Origin: Eledone cirrhosa
Taxonomy: Eukaryota
Direction: 5' to 3'
Length of the DNA stretch: 64,000 bases
Assembly (NCBI GenBank): GCA_964016885.1
Contig: OZ024746.1
Span: 3,844,001-3,908,000, forward strand
Under the pieces are notes generated by a model, which saw nothing but the letters and a program-made list of their open reading frames with translations, was not told the DNA's origin and did no database searches. Positions 12,898 to 25,963 of the stretch are shown here, piece by piece; within the stretch, counting starts at the first letter, position 1; every line of letters begins with the position of its first letter. Made by a program: the position numbers and the translations under genes.

Positions 12898-15800
12898 TCA
12901 CTGTATTGGGTACCAGTCCATACCACTGTTAACTAGGGTACCAGTCCATACCACTGTATTGGGTACCAGTCCATACCACTGTATTGGGTACCAGTCCATA
13001 CCACTGTATTGGGTACCAGTCCATACCACTGTATTGGGTACCAGTCCATACCACTGTATTGGGTACCAGTCCATACCACTGTATTGGGTACCAGTCCATA
13101 CCACTGTATTGGGTACCAGTTCATACCACTGTATTGGGTACCAGTTCATACCACTGTATTGGGTACCAGTTCATACCACTGTTAACTAGGGTACCAGTCC
13201 ATACCACTGTATTGGGTACCAGTTCATACCACTGTATTGGGTACCAGTTCATACCACTGTATTGGGTACCAGTCCATACCACTGTTAACTAGGGTACCAG
13301 TCCATACCACTGTATTGGGTACCAGTCCATACCACTGTTAACTAGGGTACCAGTCCATACCACTGTATTGGGTACCAGTCCATACTACTGTATTGGGTAC
13401 CAGTTCATACCACTGTTAACTAGGGTACCAGTCCATACCACTGTATTGGGTACCAGTTCATACCACTGTATTGGGTACCAGTTCATACCACTGTATTGGG
13501 TACCAGTCCATACCACTGTATTGGGTACCAGTCCATACCACTGTATTGGGTACCAGTCCATACCACTGTATTGGGTACCAGTCCATACCACTGTATTGGG
13601 TACCAGTCCATACCACTGTATTGGGTACCAGTCCATACCACTGTATTGGGTACCAGTTCATACCACTGTTAACTAGGGTACCAGTCCATACCACTGTATT
13701 GGGTACCAGTTCATACCACTGTATTGGGTACCAGTTCATACCACTGTATTGGGTACCAGTTCATACCACTGTATTGGGTACCAGTCCATACCACTGTATT
13801 GGGTACCAGTCCATACCACTGTATTGGGTACCAGTCCATACCACTGTATTGGGTACCTGTCCATACCACTGTATTGGGTACCAGTCCATACCACTGTATT
13901 GGGTACCAGTCCATACCACTGTATTGGGTACCAGTTCATACCACTGTATTGGGTACCAGTCCATACCACTGTATTGGGTACCAGTCCATACCACTGTATT
14001 GGGTACCAGTCCATACCACTGTATTGGGTACTAGTCCATACCACTGTATTGGGTACCAGTCCATACCACTGTTAACTAGGGTACCAGTCCATACCACTGT
14101 ATTGGGTACCAGTTCATACCACTGTATTGGGTACCAGTCCATACCACTGTATTGGGTACCAGTCCATACCACTGTATTGGGTACCAGTCCATACCACTGT
14201 ATTGGGTACCAGTCCATACCACTGTATTGGGTACCAGTTCATACCACTGTATTGGGTACCAGTCCATACCACTGTTAACTAGGGTACCAGTTCATACCAC
14301 TGTATTGGGTACCAGTCCATACCACTGTTAACTAGGGTACCAGTCCATACCACTGTTAACTAGGGTACCAGTCCATACCACTGTATTGGGTACCAGTCCA
14401 TACCACTGTATTGGGTACCAGTCCATACCACTGTATTGGGTACCAGTCCATACCACTGTATTGGGTACCAGTCCATACCACTGTATTGGGTACCAGTTCA
14501 TACCACTGTATTGGGTACCAGTCCATACCACTGTTAACTAGGGTACCAGTTCATACCACTGTATTGGGTACCAGTCCATACCACTGTTAACTAGGGTACC
14601 AGTCCATACCACTGTTAACTAGGGTACCAGTCCATACCACTGTATTGGGTACCAGTCCATACCACTGTATTGGGTACCAGTCCATACCACTGTATTGGGT
14701 ACCAGTTCATACCACTGTATTGGGTACCAGTCCATACCACTGTTAACTAGGGTACCAGTTCATACCACTGTATTGGGTACCAGTCCATACCACTGTTAAC
14801 TAGGGTACCAGTCCATACCACTGTTAACTAGGGTACCAGTCCATACCACTGTATTGGGTACCAGTCCATACCACTGTATTGGGTACCAGTTCATACCACT
14901 GTATTGGGTACCAGTCCATACCACTGTATTGGGTACCAGTCCATACCACTGTTAACTAGGGTACCAGTCCATACCACTGTATTGGGTACCAGTCCATACC
15001 ACTGTATTGGGTACCAGTCCATACCACTGTATTGGGTACCAGTCCATACCACTGTATTGGGTACCAGTCCATACCACTGTATTGGGTACCAGTTCATACC
15101 ACTGTATTGGGTACCAGTTCATACCACTGTATTGGGTACCAGTTCATACCACTGTATTGGGTACCAGTTCATACCACTGTATTGGGTACCAGTCCATACC
15201 ACTGTATTGGGTACCAGTTCATACCACTGTATTGGGTACCAGTTCATACCACTGTATTGGGTACCAGTCCATACCACTGTATTGGGTACCAGTCCATACC
15301 ACTGTATTGGGTACCAGTTCATACCACTGTATTGGGTACCAGTCCATACCACTGTATTGGGTACCAGTCCATACCACTGTATTGGGTACCAGTCCATACC
15401 ACTGTATTGGGTACCAGTCCATACCACTGTATTGGGTACCAGTCCATACCACTGTATTGGGTACCAGTCCATACCACTGTATTGGGTACCAGTCCATACC
15501 ACTGTATTGGGTACCAGTCCATACCACTGTATTGGGTACCAGTCCATACCACTGTATTGGGTACCAGTTCATACCACTGTATTGGGTACCAGTCCATACC
15601 ACTGTATTGGGTACCAGTCCATACCACTGTATTGGGTACCAGTCCATACCACTGTATTGGGTACCAGTCCATACCACTGTATTGGGTACCAGTCCATACC
15701 ACTGTATTGGGTACCAGTCCATACCACTGTATTGGGTACCAGTCCATACCACTGTATTGGGTACCAGTTCATACCACTGTATTGGGTACCAGTCCATACC

Positions 15801-18240
15801 ACTGTATTGGGTACCAGTTCATACCACTGTATTGGGTACCAGTCCATACCACTGTATTGGGTACCAGTCCATACCACTGTATTGGGTACCAGTTCATACC
15901 ACTGTATTGGGTACCAGTCCATACCACTGTATTGGGTACCAGTCCATACCACTGTATTGGGTACCAGTCCATACCACTGTATTGGGTACCAGTCCATACC
16001 ACTGTATTGGGTACCAGTCCATACCACTGTATTGGGTACCAGTTCATACCACTGTATTGGGTACCAGTCCATACCACTGTATTGGGTACCAGTCCATACC
16101 ACTGTATTGGGTACCAGTTCATACCACTGTATTGGGTACCAGTCCATACCACTGTATTGGGTACCAGTCCATACCACTGTATTGGGTACCAGTCCATACC
16201 ACTGTATTGGGTACCAGTCCATACCACTGTATTGGGTACCAGTTCATACCACTGTATTGGGTACCAGTCCATACCACTGTATTGGGTACCAGTCCATACC
16301 ACTGTATTGGGTACCAGTCCATACCACTGTATTGGGTACCAGTTCATACCACTGTATTGGGTACCAGTTCATACCACTGTATTGGGTACCAGTCCATACC
16401 ACTGTATTGGGTACCAGTCCATACCACTGTATTGGGTACCAGTTCATACCACTGTATTGGGTACCAGTTCATACCACTGTTAACTAGGGTACCAGTCCAT
16501 ACCACTGTATTGGGTACCAGTCCATACCACTGTATTGGGTACCAGTTCATACCACTGTTAACTAGGGTACCAGTCCATACCACTGTATTGGGTACCAGTT
16601 CATACCACTGTTAACTAGGGTACCAGTCCATACCACTGTATTGGGTACCAGTTCATACCACTGTTAACTAGGGTACCAGTTCATACCACTGTTAACTAGG
16701 GTACCAGTTCATACCACTGTATTGGGTACCAGTCCATACCACTGTATTGGGTACCAGTCCATACCACTGTATTGGGTACCAGTCCATACCACTGTATTGG
16801 GTACCAGTCCATACCACTGTATTGGGTACCAGTCCATACCACTGTATTGGGTACCAGTCCATACCACTGTATTGGGTACCAGTCCATACCACTGTATTGG
16901 GTACCAGTTCATACCACTGTATTGGGTACCAGTTCATACCACTGTTAACTAGGGTACCAGTCCATACCACTGTATTGGGTACCAGTCCATACCACTGTAT
17001 TGGGTACCAGTTCATACCACTGTTAACTAGGGTACCAGTCCATACCACTGTATTGGGTACCAGTCCATACCACTGTATTGGGTACCAGTTCATACCACTG
17101 TTAACTAGGGTACCAGTCCATACCACTGTATTGGGTACCAGTCCATACCACTGTATTGGGTACCAGTCCATACCACTGTATTGGGTACCAGTCCATACCA
17201 CTGTTAACTAGGGTACCAGTTTATAGCACTGTATTGGGTACCAGTTCATAGCACTGTTAACTAGGGTACCAGTCCATAGCCCTGTTAACTAGGGTACCAG
17301 TCCATACCACTGTATTGGGTACCAGTTTATAGCACTGTTAACTAGGGTACCAGTCCATAGCAGTGTTAACTAGGGTACCAGTCCATAGCACTGTTAACTA
17401 GGGTACCAGTCCATAGCACTGTTAACTAGGGTACCAGTTCATAGCACTGTTAACTAGGGTACCAGTTTATAGCACTGTTAACTAGGGTACCAGTCCATAG
17501 CACTGTTAACTAGGGTACCAGTCCATACCACTGTTAACTAGGGTACCAGTTCATAGCACTGTTAACTAGGGTACCAGTTCATATCCCTGTTAACTAGGGT
17601 ACCAGTTCATAGCACTGTTAACTAGGGTACCAGTCCATAGCCCTGTTAACTAGAGTACCAGTCCATACCACTGTTAACTAGGGTACCAGTTCATAGCACT
17701 GTTAACTAGGGTACCAGTTTATAGCACTGTATTGGGTACCAGTCCATACCACTGTTAACTAGGGTACCAGTCCATAGCCCTGTTAACTATGGTACCAGTC
17801 CATAGCCCTGTTAACTAGGGTACCAGTCCATAGCCCTGTTAACTAGAGTACCAGTCCATAGTCCTGTTAACTAGGGTACCAGTCCATACCACTGTTAACT
17901 AGGGTACCAGTTCATAGCACTGTTAACTAGGGTACCAGTCTATACCACTGTTAACTAGGATACCAGTCCATACCACTGTTAACTAGGGTACCAGTCCATA
18001 GCCCTGTTAACTAGGGTACCAGTCCATACCACTGTTAACTAGGATACCAGTCCATACCACTGTTAACTAGGGTACCAGTCCATACCACTGTTAACTAGGG
18101 TACCAGTCCATAGCACTGTTAACTAGGGTACCAGTCCATACCACTGTTAACTAGGATACCAGTTCATAGCAGTGTTAACTAGGGTACCAGTTCATAGCAT
18201 TGTTAACTAGGGTACCAGTTCATAGCCTTGTTAACTAGGG
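12898..18240. repeat. Satellite array of ~200 units: 25-bp GGGTACCAGT(C/T)CATACCACTGTATT interspersed with a 28-bp variant GGGTACCAGTCCATACCACTGTTAACTA
   Basis: Directly visible; the repetitive ORFs in this interval are by-products of the repeat. Confidence 0.97.
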
Positions 18241-18603
18241 GTTGATGGTCAGTTGTACTGTCCATGCTTGGTGAGAGGTAGTATTGGGACCTGTAAAAAC
18301 TAACACTCTCCCATCCCCTCTGGCTTTCGGCTGACTGCCACAGACGGGATGGGTAGCAGTAAACTATGGTACAGGCCTGAATGGGTCATTGTTTGGCTGA
18401 GAGGGGGAACTGACTAAGCGAATTTCGTTGAAATCTGCGGTAGCTAATGGTCAACTTCCTCTGGACCTGCGCCTGCGCAGACCGGTGGGGGTGAATTGGT
18501 ACTCACAGTGGAACGGATGAAGAACCCAAAAGCACACACTTCGTCCGTTCCCATGTCGATTCAATTTGGATTGCCTCGGAAACATAACCTTATTATGTAA
18601 CAA

Positions 18604-18677
18604 GTTGTCTGACGATGTCGCGACACTGGCACACAGAACAGTGTAGACACTGTCGCCATTGAAATATATATCACAGC
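18604..18677 (+). ncRNA. Type I hammerhead ribozyme with extended stem II
   Basis: gttgt CTGACGA tgtc gcgaca...tgtcgc catt GAAAT ATAT ATC acagc. Confidence 0.7.
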
Positions 18678-18804
18678 ATTATTATTAAAAGACTTGAATA
18701 TCTGAAAATACTTCGCTTTTCCTTATTCGATATTTACTCCGTAACTCCTATGTGGAATAAGTACGTTGAGTGCTTGAATTGAATTGCATCAATATTTACC
18801 CTAA

Positions 18805-18961
<157 letters not shown>

Positions 18962-19062
18962 TATATTTGTGAATCGGAGACGAGATCACATAGGAAACAT
19001 ATCTAATATGTTATTAAATATGTTATGATGCACCACTGAATCCTTGTTCCTTTATTCTGATA

Positions 19063-19135
<73 letters not shown>

Positions 19136-19167
19136 CAAATGGAAACTATATTTATAAAACCATATTT

Positions 19168-19230
19168 ATTTCATTACACATATTTCAAGGACACCAAGTT
19201 AAATTATGGTGTGCTTTCATCAGATAAAAT
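19168..19230 (-). ncRNA. Hammerhead ribozyme; family shared with 36096-36155
   Basis: attttat CTGATGA aagc acacca...tggtgt cctt GAAAT ATGT GTA atgaaat. Confidence 0.68.
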
Positions 19231-19378
19231 ATAATATAGATCAGTTTTATAAATAAATATTGACATACCCTTAAAGAATGCGACCATTTCTGTTGGAAGC
19301 TCCAATAATTTGTTGAGTGGTTTATATCAGTTATAAACATATTTGCTTGTTGTATCCCAACAATTTAAATAGAACTTT

Positions 19379-19420
<42 letters not shown>

Positions 19421-19607
19421 GATAAATCTACCAAGAGTTTACGGTAGTGTCCAATCCGTATGAAGAACTCAATGTATTCCGGATATCGTGGAAAGAAGAG
19501 ATGTAATGAAAATCCACTTTCGGTGAAAGATAAACGGTATACAGAGTCAAGATAAAATATTAAACAAATAATGAACAAACAATTCCTTATATTAAACAAA
19601 AAAAGTT

Positions 19608-19758
19608 CACTATTTAACGATCGTTTCTAGGGCATATATGTGTTATAATTGGTATGCATATTTAACAGATCTATGTACAAAATTATACAAAATTATACAA
19701 ATTATCAAGATTAAATATACATACCTAACTCATATATACGCCGTCTTCAGAAATAATG
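19608..19758 (-). ncRNA. Type I hammerhead ribozyme in the PLE 3' pLTR, with a very long stem II
   Basis: cattattt CTGAAGA [~115 nt self-complementary] GAAAC GATC GTT aaatagtg; 8-bp stem I and palindromic stem III. Confidence 0.8.
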
Positions 19759-20334
19759 AAGTATATTTATTGATAATAACAACAATTCAAAATATCAGTT
19801 CAAAATTGACCAATGAAAACACAAAGGGTTAAAAGCAGTTTGGTGTGTGTATATACATGCAAAAACCTTACACATATTTTACAATAATATGTGTATAATT
19901 TATATGTGTATACTAAAAAGATGGATGCAAACACAAAATTTCAAGGTTAATATCTCTGTAAGCTTAATGCGCTGATAAGATACGCAAAGATACTTATGGA
20001 GTCAAGCATATAAATATATTTTTTTCATACTCACACATATCAGTATAATCACACATACATGTGCGTATATGCATAAATATACACATAACCACGAACATAC
20101 AAACACACACACTCCCCCACTCACATTTATATATGTGGATATAAAATCATAAGCAAATAGAAATTAAGTCACTCACATAAAAACACTGGTACACACATTT
20201 CAAGATCAAGATACAGAAATTAGGTGGGAGGGGGGGGGGGGGGAGGGGTCAGTATTAGATTGTCAGACCAGACAGCCTAATATAAATGTATCTATAAATT
20301 AAGAAAAATAAAAAAATAAAAACAATAAAATATA

Positions 20335-20527
20335 ATAAATGTACATACACATACAGATATACATACACATACATACATGTACGCGCACATAGAGATATCC
20401 ACACATACATACATACACACATACCTATACTGTCATACACACACATACATTTACACGAACATACACATACACATATAAAAAGATATAAATACACACACAC
20501 TCACGCGCAACACATACACACATACAC

Positions 20528-20566
<39 letters not shown>

Positions 20567-20677
20567 TATACACACACACATAGACTCATATATATATATA
20601 TATACATATACACATATATATACAAATATATATATCCCCACACTCATACCACCATAAATATACATACAAACACCCAC

Positions 20678-20711
<34 letters not shown>

Positions 20712-20918
20712 ACATACACACACGTACACATATATATATATATATACACATATATACACATACATATATATATATACACACACATAAAAAACAGACATGC
20801 ACATATATATATATATATATATATATTTCATTACTCTTATATATACACATAGTATATATACATACATAAACTCACTTATACACATATACACATAAGTTAT
20901 ATTACAATAATAATAAAG

Positions 20919-20989
<71 letters not shown>

Positions 20990-21092
20990 TACACACGCAC
21001 ATACATACACATACATACATACACCTAAACATATACATACATAAATACACACATACGAATAAAGACATATATTCACACATAGACACCTATAT

Positions 21093-21124
<32 letters not shown>

Positions 21125-21136
21125 CTATATATATAC

Positions 21137-21179
<43 letters not shown>

Positions 21180-21600
21180 CACATACACACACACACACAG
21201 ACACACATACACACTCACATATACATATATATATATGTGTATGTGAGTGTGCGCAAATACATATATATATACACACACACATACAAACACACACAAACAC
21301 ATACATATGCATACATGCACACACACACACATATATCACATAGATACGAAGATAAACATATAAATAGAGAGACATACAAATATATACAGAACCCATATAC
21401 ACATACATACAACCACGCATATACATATACATACATATATACACATATATATATTCCTATATACAAGCATACACATACATACACATATATACATATACAT
21501 ACACATATACATACCACACATTCACATACACATACATATATAATACATATATATACATATATATACATACATATGTATGTATAATCATATATACACACTC
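20335..21600. repeat. Long degenerate (CA/TA)n low-complexity tract within the PLE 3' region; similar microsatellite tracts at 2125-2380, 3060-3370, 6545-7115 and 18805-18965
   Basis: Directly visible. Confidence 0.9.
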
Positions 21601-22916
21601 AATCTTACATTCATATTTACATGCTCATATATGTATTTTTATATTTAGAAATAAATACCAAAACCTATATAGACACCCACCTACACATATATTCATACAT
21701 ATACTCTTACAAAAACAGATGGTAATAGTATGGGGGAAAGGGGGGGTTTGGAGAAGGGGATCAAAGTAAATATATGTTTCAAGAAACATATAATATTTTC
21801 CGTATCTTAATTCAATGTATGTTCTTACATATTTTCAGTGCTAGGAAATACGAAATCTATGCATCCCAAAATAAAAAAGTATACCATTAATCATATGTTA
21901 ACTAAACCAAAGATAGTCAACATATTGATTTCCAAGGTGTAAATTAGTTAGGTTTATAATATTTGAAGCAGAATTATGAAGTCAAACAGTAGTAGATTAT
22001 TAATTACATTATAACTAAATTAAAGTTAATAACGTTATGGTATCAATATTAGGAGATGAATTTAGTAATAGGGAAAAGAAACCCAAATAAAAATAAAATA
22101 AAGTATTACATCGGTAGTAGCATATAAATTATATGTTAACTAAATTAAAAATTATATATTTATTTCAATAGTATACGTTAATTAGTATATGTTAATTAGG
22201 TATACAATACATAAAGCAGATATTGTATTTCATCAATAGCATAATATAATTATATGCAAATAAAAATCAAAATTAGTACGCATACATATACATATACATA
22301 CACATACACATATATATACATATACATACACATATATATATATATATACATATATATACACATACATACATATATAGTCACATAAATATACATACAGATA
22401 CACATACAATACACACATATACATATACATATAGATATACATATCTTTTTCAAAAAATTGCACAGAATATATTAACTAGGTATATATCCAAAACACATCC
22501 CATTCTATGATTACATGACATTCTGCAATTCGTCTGTACAAGGATACTAATTTTAAGCAAATTAAAATTAAAGTTTTAGGTTGATTAAAACTAAAACCAA
22601 ATAATAAATATATTTCCAAAATGTATATTAATTAGGTCTATAATACTAAAAAATTCTTTCTCCGTCATAGGATACATGATATTATTTTGTTATATTTTAT
22701 CTGTAAAAGAATTATAATAAAAAAAATTATAATAAAAGGTTAAAATAAATTAAAATTAATCTATAAATTAAATTACTGAGTATATATTAGTAATATTTAA
22801 AGGTTTTTCAAAATTTATGATTACATAATATTTTCTCATCTGTAATAAAATATTAATTAAATTAAATTTATAGGTTAACTAACATTTAAATTAAATTAAA
22901 TTCTAGAATAATGTTA

Positions 22917-24821
22917 TTAATTAGGTTTATAATATTTAAATGTTTTTTTTAGTTTATGATTACACGATATAATTAATTCCTGTCTTTTATTTAATAAGAT
23001 ATCCCTAGACTTCATTATTTCAAATAGTTCTTGGGAACATAATCTACATTCCTTTCTATTATTTTGATAAGGGGTGGCTCTTTTGAGCACACTCCAGGTC
23101 AAATCATATTTTATATTTTTATTTTTATAACTATTGATTTTTTCTGCTAGAGATGTTGTATTAGCCAGTGCGGCATTTTTAAAGCTATGTTTGTGGGTAT
23201 TATACCTTGTCTTAAAATTGTTAGAGGTAGCTCCTATATATGAGCAAATAGAATCTTTAGTTTTAACATTACATTTATAGACTATGTTGTTAACAAGACA
23301 ATTCCCTTTTAATGGGCAGTTTGTTTTGTTTCTACAGTTACATCCTTTCGTTAATTCTGTATTTGAGGAGATATTATTGTTAATTTGATGTACTGGTGGT
23401 ATACTTATGGTTTTCTTACATTTATATGCATTATATGCACTTATATTTTGTTTTATGTTATTTGTTGTAGAGTATGAGAATTTAACTGTATACCTATTTA
23501 AGATTTGATGGTATTTGTGGTTTGGCGGGAAGTTTTTCTCAAGGATATAAAAAAATTTTTTAGCAATATTATCCTTAACTTGTAAATTAAAAGGAGCATT
23601 ATACCAAGTAACTCGTCTATTACGGTTTCTATGTTGTTTATTATTTTTATTATTTTTATATGTTGTATCATGATTTTTACTAGGAGGATTAATGTTAATG
23701 ATATCACCACAACTATTTTTAGTTATATTTGTAGATTTAGGTGTTTTATCTTTTTTATTAGGAGTTTTATTATTAATATTTATTATAGTCGTATGATGAG
23801 TAGTTTTTTGAGGGTTACTATACTTTATATTAGAAGATTTAGTATTTTGGGGTATACTGTGGGTGGCATTTAGGTGTGTACTTTTCATTTGGTGTTTGTT
23901 GGTAATATTATGCTGTATGCTTTCAGTATTTTTAGTAGAAGGTATATACTCTAATCTATTTTTGTGGCCACTTCTATCTAGAGCTTCATTATAAAAGGTC
24001 GCATTTTTATCAAATACATCTTGGTTAGAAGAAAGGTTAGAAATTCTAAGTGATATATTATATGCAAGGTTTTTAAGGATAGATTTAGGGTGATTAGATT
24101 GTGAGTGTATGTAATGTAAGTTTTGGTTAGGTTTATGGTAAGGTTGGTATATACCCGTAGCTAAATCTAAAGTTATATCTAGGAAATTTACTACTTTACT
24201 TGTTTTTTCAAAAGTAATATTAAGATTATAATAGTCTTTAAGGAAAGTTCTAATATGCTTTTTGTTTTTTTCGATTTCTGAAAGGCTAAGGTTGTTAGAA
24301 AGAAGAAGACAGTCATCACGATATAAACCACCTTTGAGGTGGGGAAAAGAGGCATTTATGTTGAAAAGGAGAAAGAGGCCCACAAGATCAGTAATTTGGG
24401 CGGAATCGCTTGAACCCATAGTAATATCAAAAAGATTACTGTAAGTGTTTCTGGTCCAGTATTCATTCTGAAATTCAATAAGTGTTTGTCTAGCATGTGT
24501 AATAATGTTAATGTCATCCGAAGTTAAATTAGATCTATTTTTAGCAAATATTAATGCTTTGTTCAGGAGTATGGGTGATATAGAAGAATAGTAATTATCT
24601 ATATCAAATTGTAGGAAAGAAGCAGAAGATTTACACCTAATATTTTTAAACCAATTAATTACCTGGGAGGTGTTTTCCCAGAGTGGTAAAATAACGTATT
24701 TTCTTATTTGTGGGATGACTCTATCTAAAATTTTTTTGCTAATTATTCCAATATCTGATTTGGAGGGACATATAAGTCTAATAGAAGGATTAGAGTTAAA
24801 GTTAGATTTGTGATCTTTCAG
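22917..24821 (-). CDS. PLE polyprotein fragment: reverse transcriptase + GIY-YIG endonuclease; frame open for ~634 codons, natural start missing
   Basis: The frame stays stop-free upstream of the listed ATG (24419) to 24821. Motifs: LKDHKSNF..RLICPSKSDIG, FLQFDIDNYYSSI, FDITMGSSDSAQITDLVG, GLYRDD, VNFLDITLD, YIHSQSNHP, CNC...CPLKGNC, IVYKC...YIGAT...RYNTH, CRLC, LLNKRQE...CNH. Confidence 0.92.
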   Translation of the reverse strand: MKDHKSNFNSNPSIRLICPSKSDIGIISKKILDRVIPQIRKYVILPLWENTSQVINWFKNIRCKSSASFLQFDIDNYYSSISPILLNKALIFAKNRSNLTSDDINIITHARQTLIEFQNEYWTRNTYSNLFDITMGSSDSAQITDLVGLFLLFNINASFPHLKGGLYRDDCLLLSNNLSLSEIEKNKKHIRTFLKDYYNLNITFEKTSKVVNFLDITLDLATGIYQPYHKPNQNLHYIHSQSNHPKSILKNLAYNISLRISNLSSNQDVFDKNATFYNEALDRSGHKNRLEYIPSTKNTESIQHNITNKHQMKSTHLNATHSIPQNTKSSNIKYSNPQKTTHHTTIININNKTPNKKDKTPKSTNITKNSCGDIININPPSKNHDTTYKNNKNNKQHRNRNRRVTWYNAPFNLQVKDNIAKKFFYILEKNFPPNHKYHQILNRYTVKFSYSTTNNIKQNISAYNAYKCKKTISIPPVHQINNNISSNTELTKGCNCRNKTNCPLKGNCLVNNIVYKCNVKTKDSICSYIGATSNNFKTRYNTHKHSFKNAALANTTSLAEKINSYKNKNIKYDLTWSVLKRATPYQNNRKECRLCSQELFEIMKSRDILLNKRQELIISCNHKLKKTFKYYKPN

Positions 24822-25239
24822 TTAGGTATGTATATTTAATCTTGATAATTTGTATAATTTTGTATAATTTTGTACATAGATCTGTTAAATATGCATACCA
24901 ATTATAACACATATATGCCCTAGAAACGATCGTTAAATAGTGAACTTTTTTTGTTTAATATAAGGAATTGTTTGTTCATTATTTGTTTAATATTTTATAT
25001 ATATATATATATATCTTAGCACTAAGTGAACTTGTGTTAGCTTAGACAGTCGACTTTACAGTCAACACTATCTTACTTTCATTTCCTGCCGTAACAGCTT
25101 CTCCACCCTCACTTCTACCATTAACGTCGTCATTATCTTGAAATACGAAACGCAAAACCAACATTGCATTCCGTCTCCCGTAAGACCATGTTTACCCTTC
25201 ATCGGTCTGAGTTTCCTTAAATTAAGTACCATTTTAAGA

Positions 25240-25512
25240 TCTAGAAGCTCAGGCTACGCTGCTCGTCAGGCCAAAGAGAGCAAACTATCGAAGTATCGGC
25301 CCCTCTCTGTTAGGTTTGTGATCGAGATTGTGACAGTAGGGACTTCCTGTATTCTAGGGCCCCGGACCACATCCCTACTTATTGCTATAGTGGTGGAGCT
25401 GGCTATGGTGGGTTCTCGTGAGTGGGAGTGGCTGTTCCAGCGCGTCTCCCTCGCCATCCGCCGGGTCAATGTCTTCCCCATTCTGACCGCCGGGACCACG
25501 ACTAACCCTTAA
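25240..25512 (+). mobile_element. Non-LTR retrotransposon C-terminal restriction-like endonuclease fragment, CRE-like
   Basis: AARQAKESKLSKY..L...F....V.TS..LGP....RE.EWLFQRVSLAIRR.N...IL pattern. Confidence 0.7.
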
Positions 25513-25794
25513 ATAGTGAGGAATTACTCTGAGATATAAACCTATGATATACAAAAGACAGGATAGTCACAGCTGAGAGTACCAGGACTTATAACAAAAA
25601 TATGATCGAAGTGTCATGAAATGTATTGAGGTGACATATACTCACTAAATAAAATAGGAAATAAAAATAATTACGTTTGTGCTTATTGAAAAGAAATCGA
25701 TATTTTCCATTCGTGATATTGCCATCATAGAGTCCATCGTAATAGACAGAGAAAGCCGTCCACTTGGCGAAGAGTTTGACATAGGATAGATTGC

Positions 25795-25963
25795 TGCACA
25801 ACATCCCTCACACAACAACCCCCACACAACAGCCCTCCCACAACAGCCCTACAACAACAACCCCCACACAACAACCCTCCCACAACAGCCCGCCCTCACA
25901 CACACACACAACAGCCCTCACACAACAACCCGCCCACAACAGCCCTCCAACAACTCACACAAC
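25795..25963. repeat. Degenerate C/A-rich minisatellite (acaacagccctcacacaacaacccc)
   Basis: Directly visible. Confidence 0.8.

Larger units (their letters stand above)
19419..24998 (-). mobile_element. Penelope-like retroelement (Naiad-like), 5'-truncated, with a 3' pLTR carrying an HHR and an inverted partial pLTR at the 5' end, inserted in (TA)n
   Basis: Contains the RT + GIY-YIG ORF; 24821-24998 is the reverse complement of ~19553-19730; (TA)n lies on both sides. Confidence 0.88.

Noticed and set aside
12898-18240. Long ORFs (up to 535 aa) and a superficially CRISPR-like regular repeat
   Set aside because: The 25-bp unit lacks stops in the + frames, so the ORFs are artefacts. There are no unique spacers or cas genes, and the context is eukaryotic.
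22600-22916. SECIS element after the Naiad-like ORF
   Set aside because: The ORF has no in-frame TGA and no convincing SECIS hairpin is visible.
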